The notes below the pieces were generated by a model. It did not search any database. It had not been told where the DNA came from and was given only the letters and a program-made list of their open reading frames with translations. Of a DNA stretch of 64,000 nt, positions 63,794-64,000 are shown in pieces. Position 1 is the stretch's first letter, and each line of letters opens with the position of its first letter. This DNA is from Polyangiaceae bacterium. GTDB lineage: Bacteria; Myxococcota_A; Polyangia; Polyangiales; Polyangiaceae. Location of the stretch: contig CBDCTZ010000013.1 in NCBI GenBank assembly GCA_965222375.1, positions 512,001-576,000 on the forward strand, given 5' to 3'. Made by a program: the position numbers and the translations under genes.

Positions 63794-63808
63794 GCGGCAA
63801 ATTGTCGC
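63794..63808 (-). promoter_or_regulatory. RegA/RegR-type binding box
   Basis: Minus strand GCGACAATTTGCCGC (GCGGC-N5-GTCGC on +), 23 nt before TAGATT. Confidence 0.75.
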
Positions 63809-63821
63809 ACCCTGACGCGCG

Positions 63822-64000
63822 TCAAGAAACGTGCGCAAGGTTTGCGGGAATTCGCCAACGAACCGTGGTGCCGGAGCCGCGGGCCGACGAAACCCGCATC
63901 GAGCCACCGAGCTGTTCGGCAACACTCGACGCAAGGAACAATCCCAACCCGCGGCCTTCGGGCTTGGTCGTGAAAAATGGCTCCGCGGCGTGCTCCAGGG
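63822..64000 (-). CDS. Sensor histidine kinase, C-terminal HATPase end (partial; likely RegB-like)
   Basis: Not in the ORF track; manual translation LEHAAEPFFTTKPEGRGLGLFLASSVAEQLGGSM...GTTVRWRIP...*. Confidence 0.9.
   Translation of the reverse strand, partial: LEHAAEPFFTTKPEGRGLGLFLASSVAEQLGGSMRVSSARGSGTTVRWRIPANLAHVS

Overview
GC-rich, gene-dense bacterial chromosomal window. The gene content suggests Myxococcota, probably Polyangiales/Polyangiaceae-like (inference from many Ser/Thr kinases, Gly-linker lipoproteins, TPR/PEGA-type proteins and DUF4388). About 53 CDS are supportable, including glgP, an amidase, a class V PLP enzyme, beta-carbonic anhydrase, an OsmC fusion, a subtilase, alpha-2-macroglobulin, a MutS-like ATPase and a RegB/RegA-like pair. 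There is one IS200-type element and one broken kinase gene. I found no rRNA, tRNA or CRISPR array. Most notable signals missed by the ORF track: (1) a probable selenoprotein, a thioredoxin-fold lipoprotein with an in-frame TGA in a U-G-S-C motif and a SECIS-like hairpin (22469-23179, -); (2) a stand-alone four-helix-bundle (IVP/Avd-like) cassette bracketed by G-U-biased long-range inverted arms, containing G-rich repeats, a T-shaped leader hairpin and a nested IS200 (about 30925-32235); (3) a lipoprotein with a Hint domain directly behind its lipid anchor; (4) two near-identical RegA/RegR boxes at identical promoter spacing driving a putative metal-handling module; (5) two kinase-TPR-lipoprotein triads, one built around a pseudokinase and followed by a pseudopeptidase; (6) an 11-bp-period operator array, three sigma54-type promoters, an sRNA candidate and recurrent leaderless-promoter geometry. 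All family assignments come from motif recognition by eye; no searches were run.
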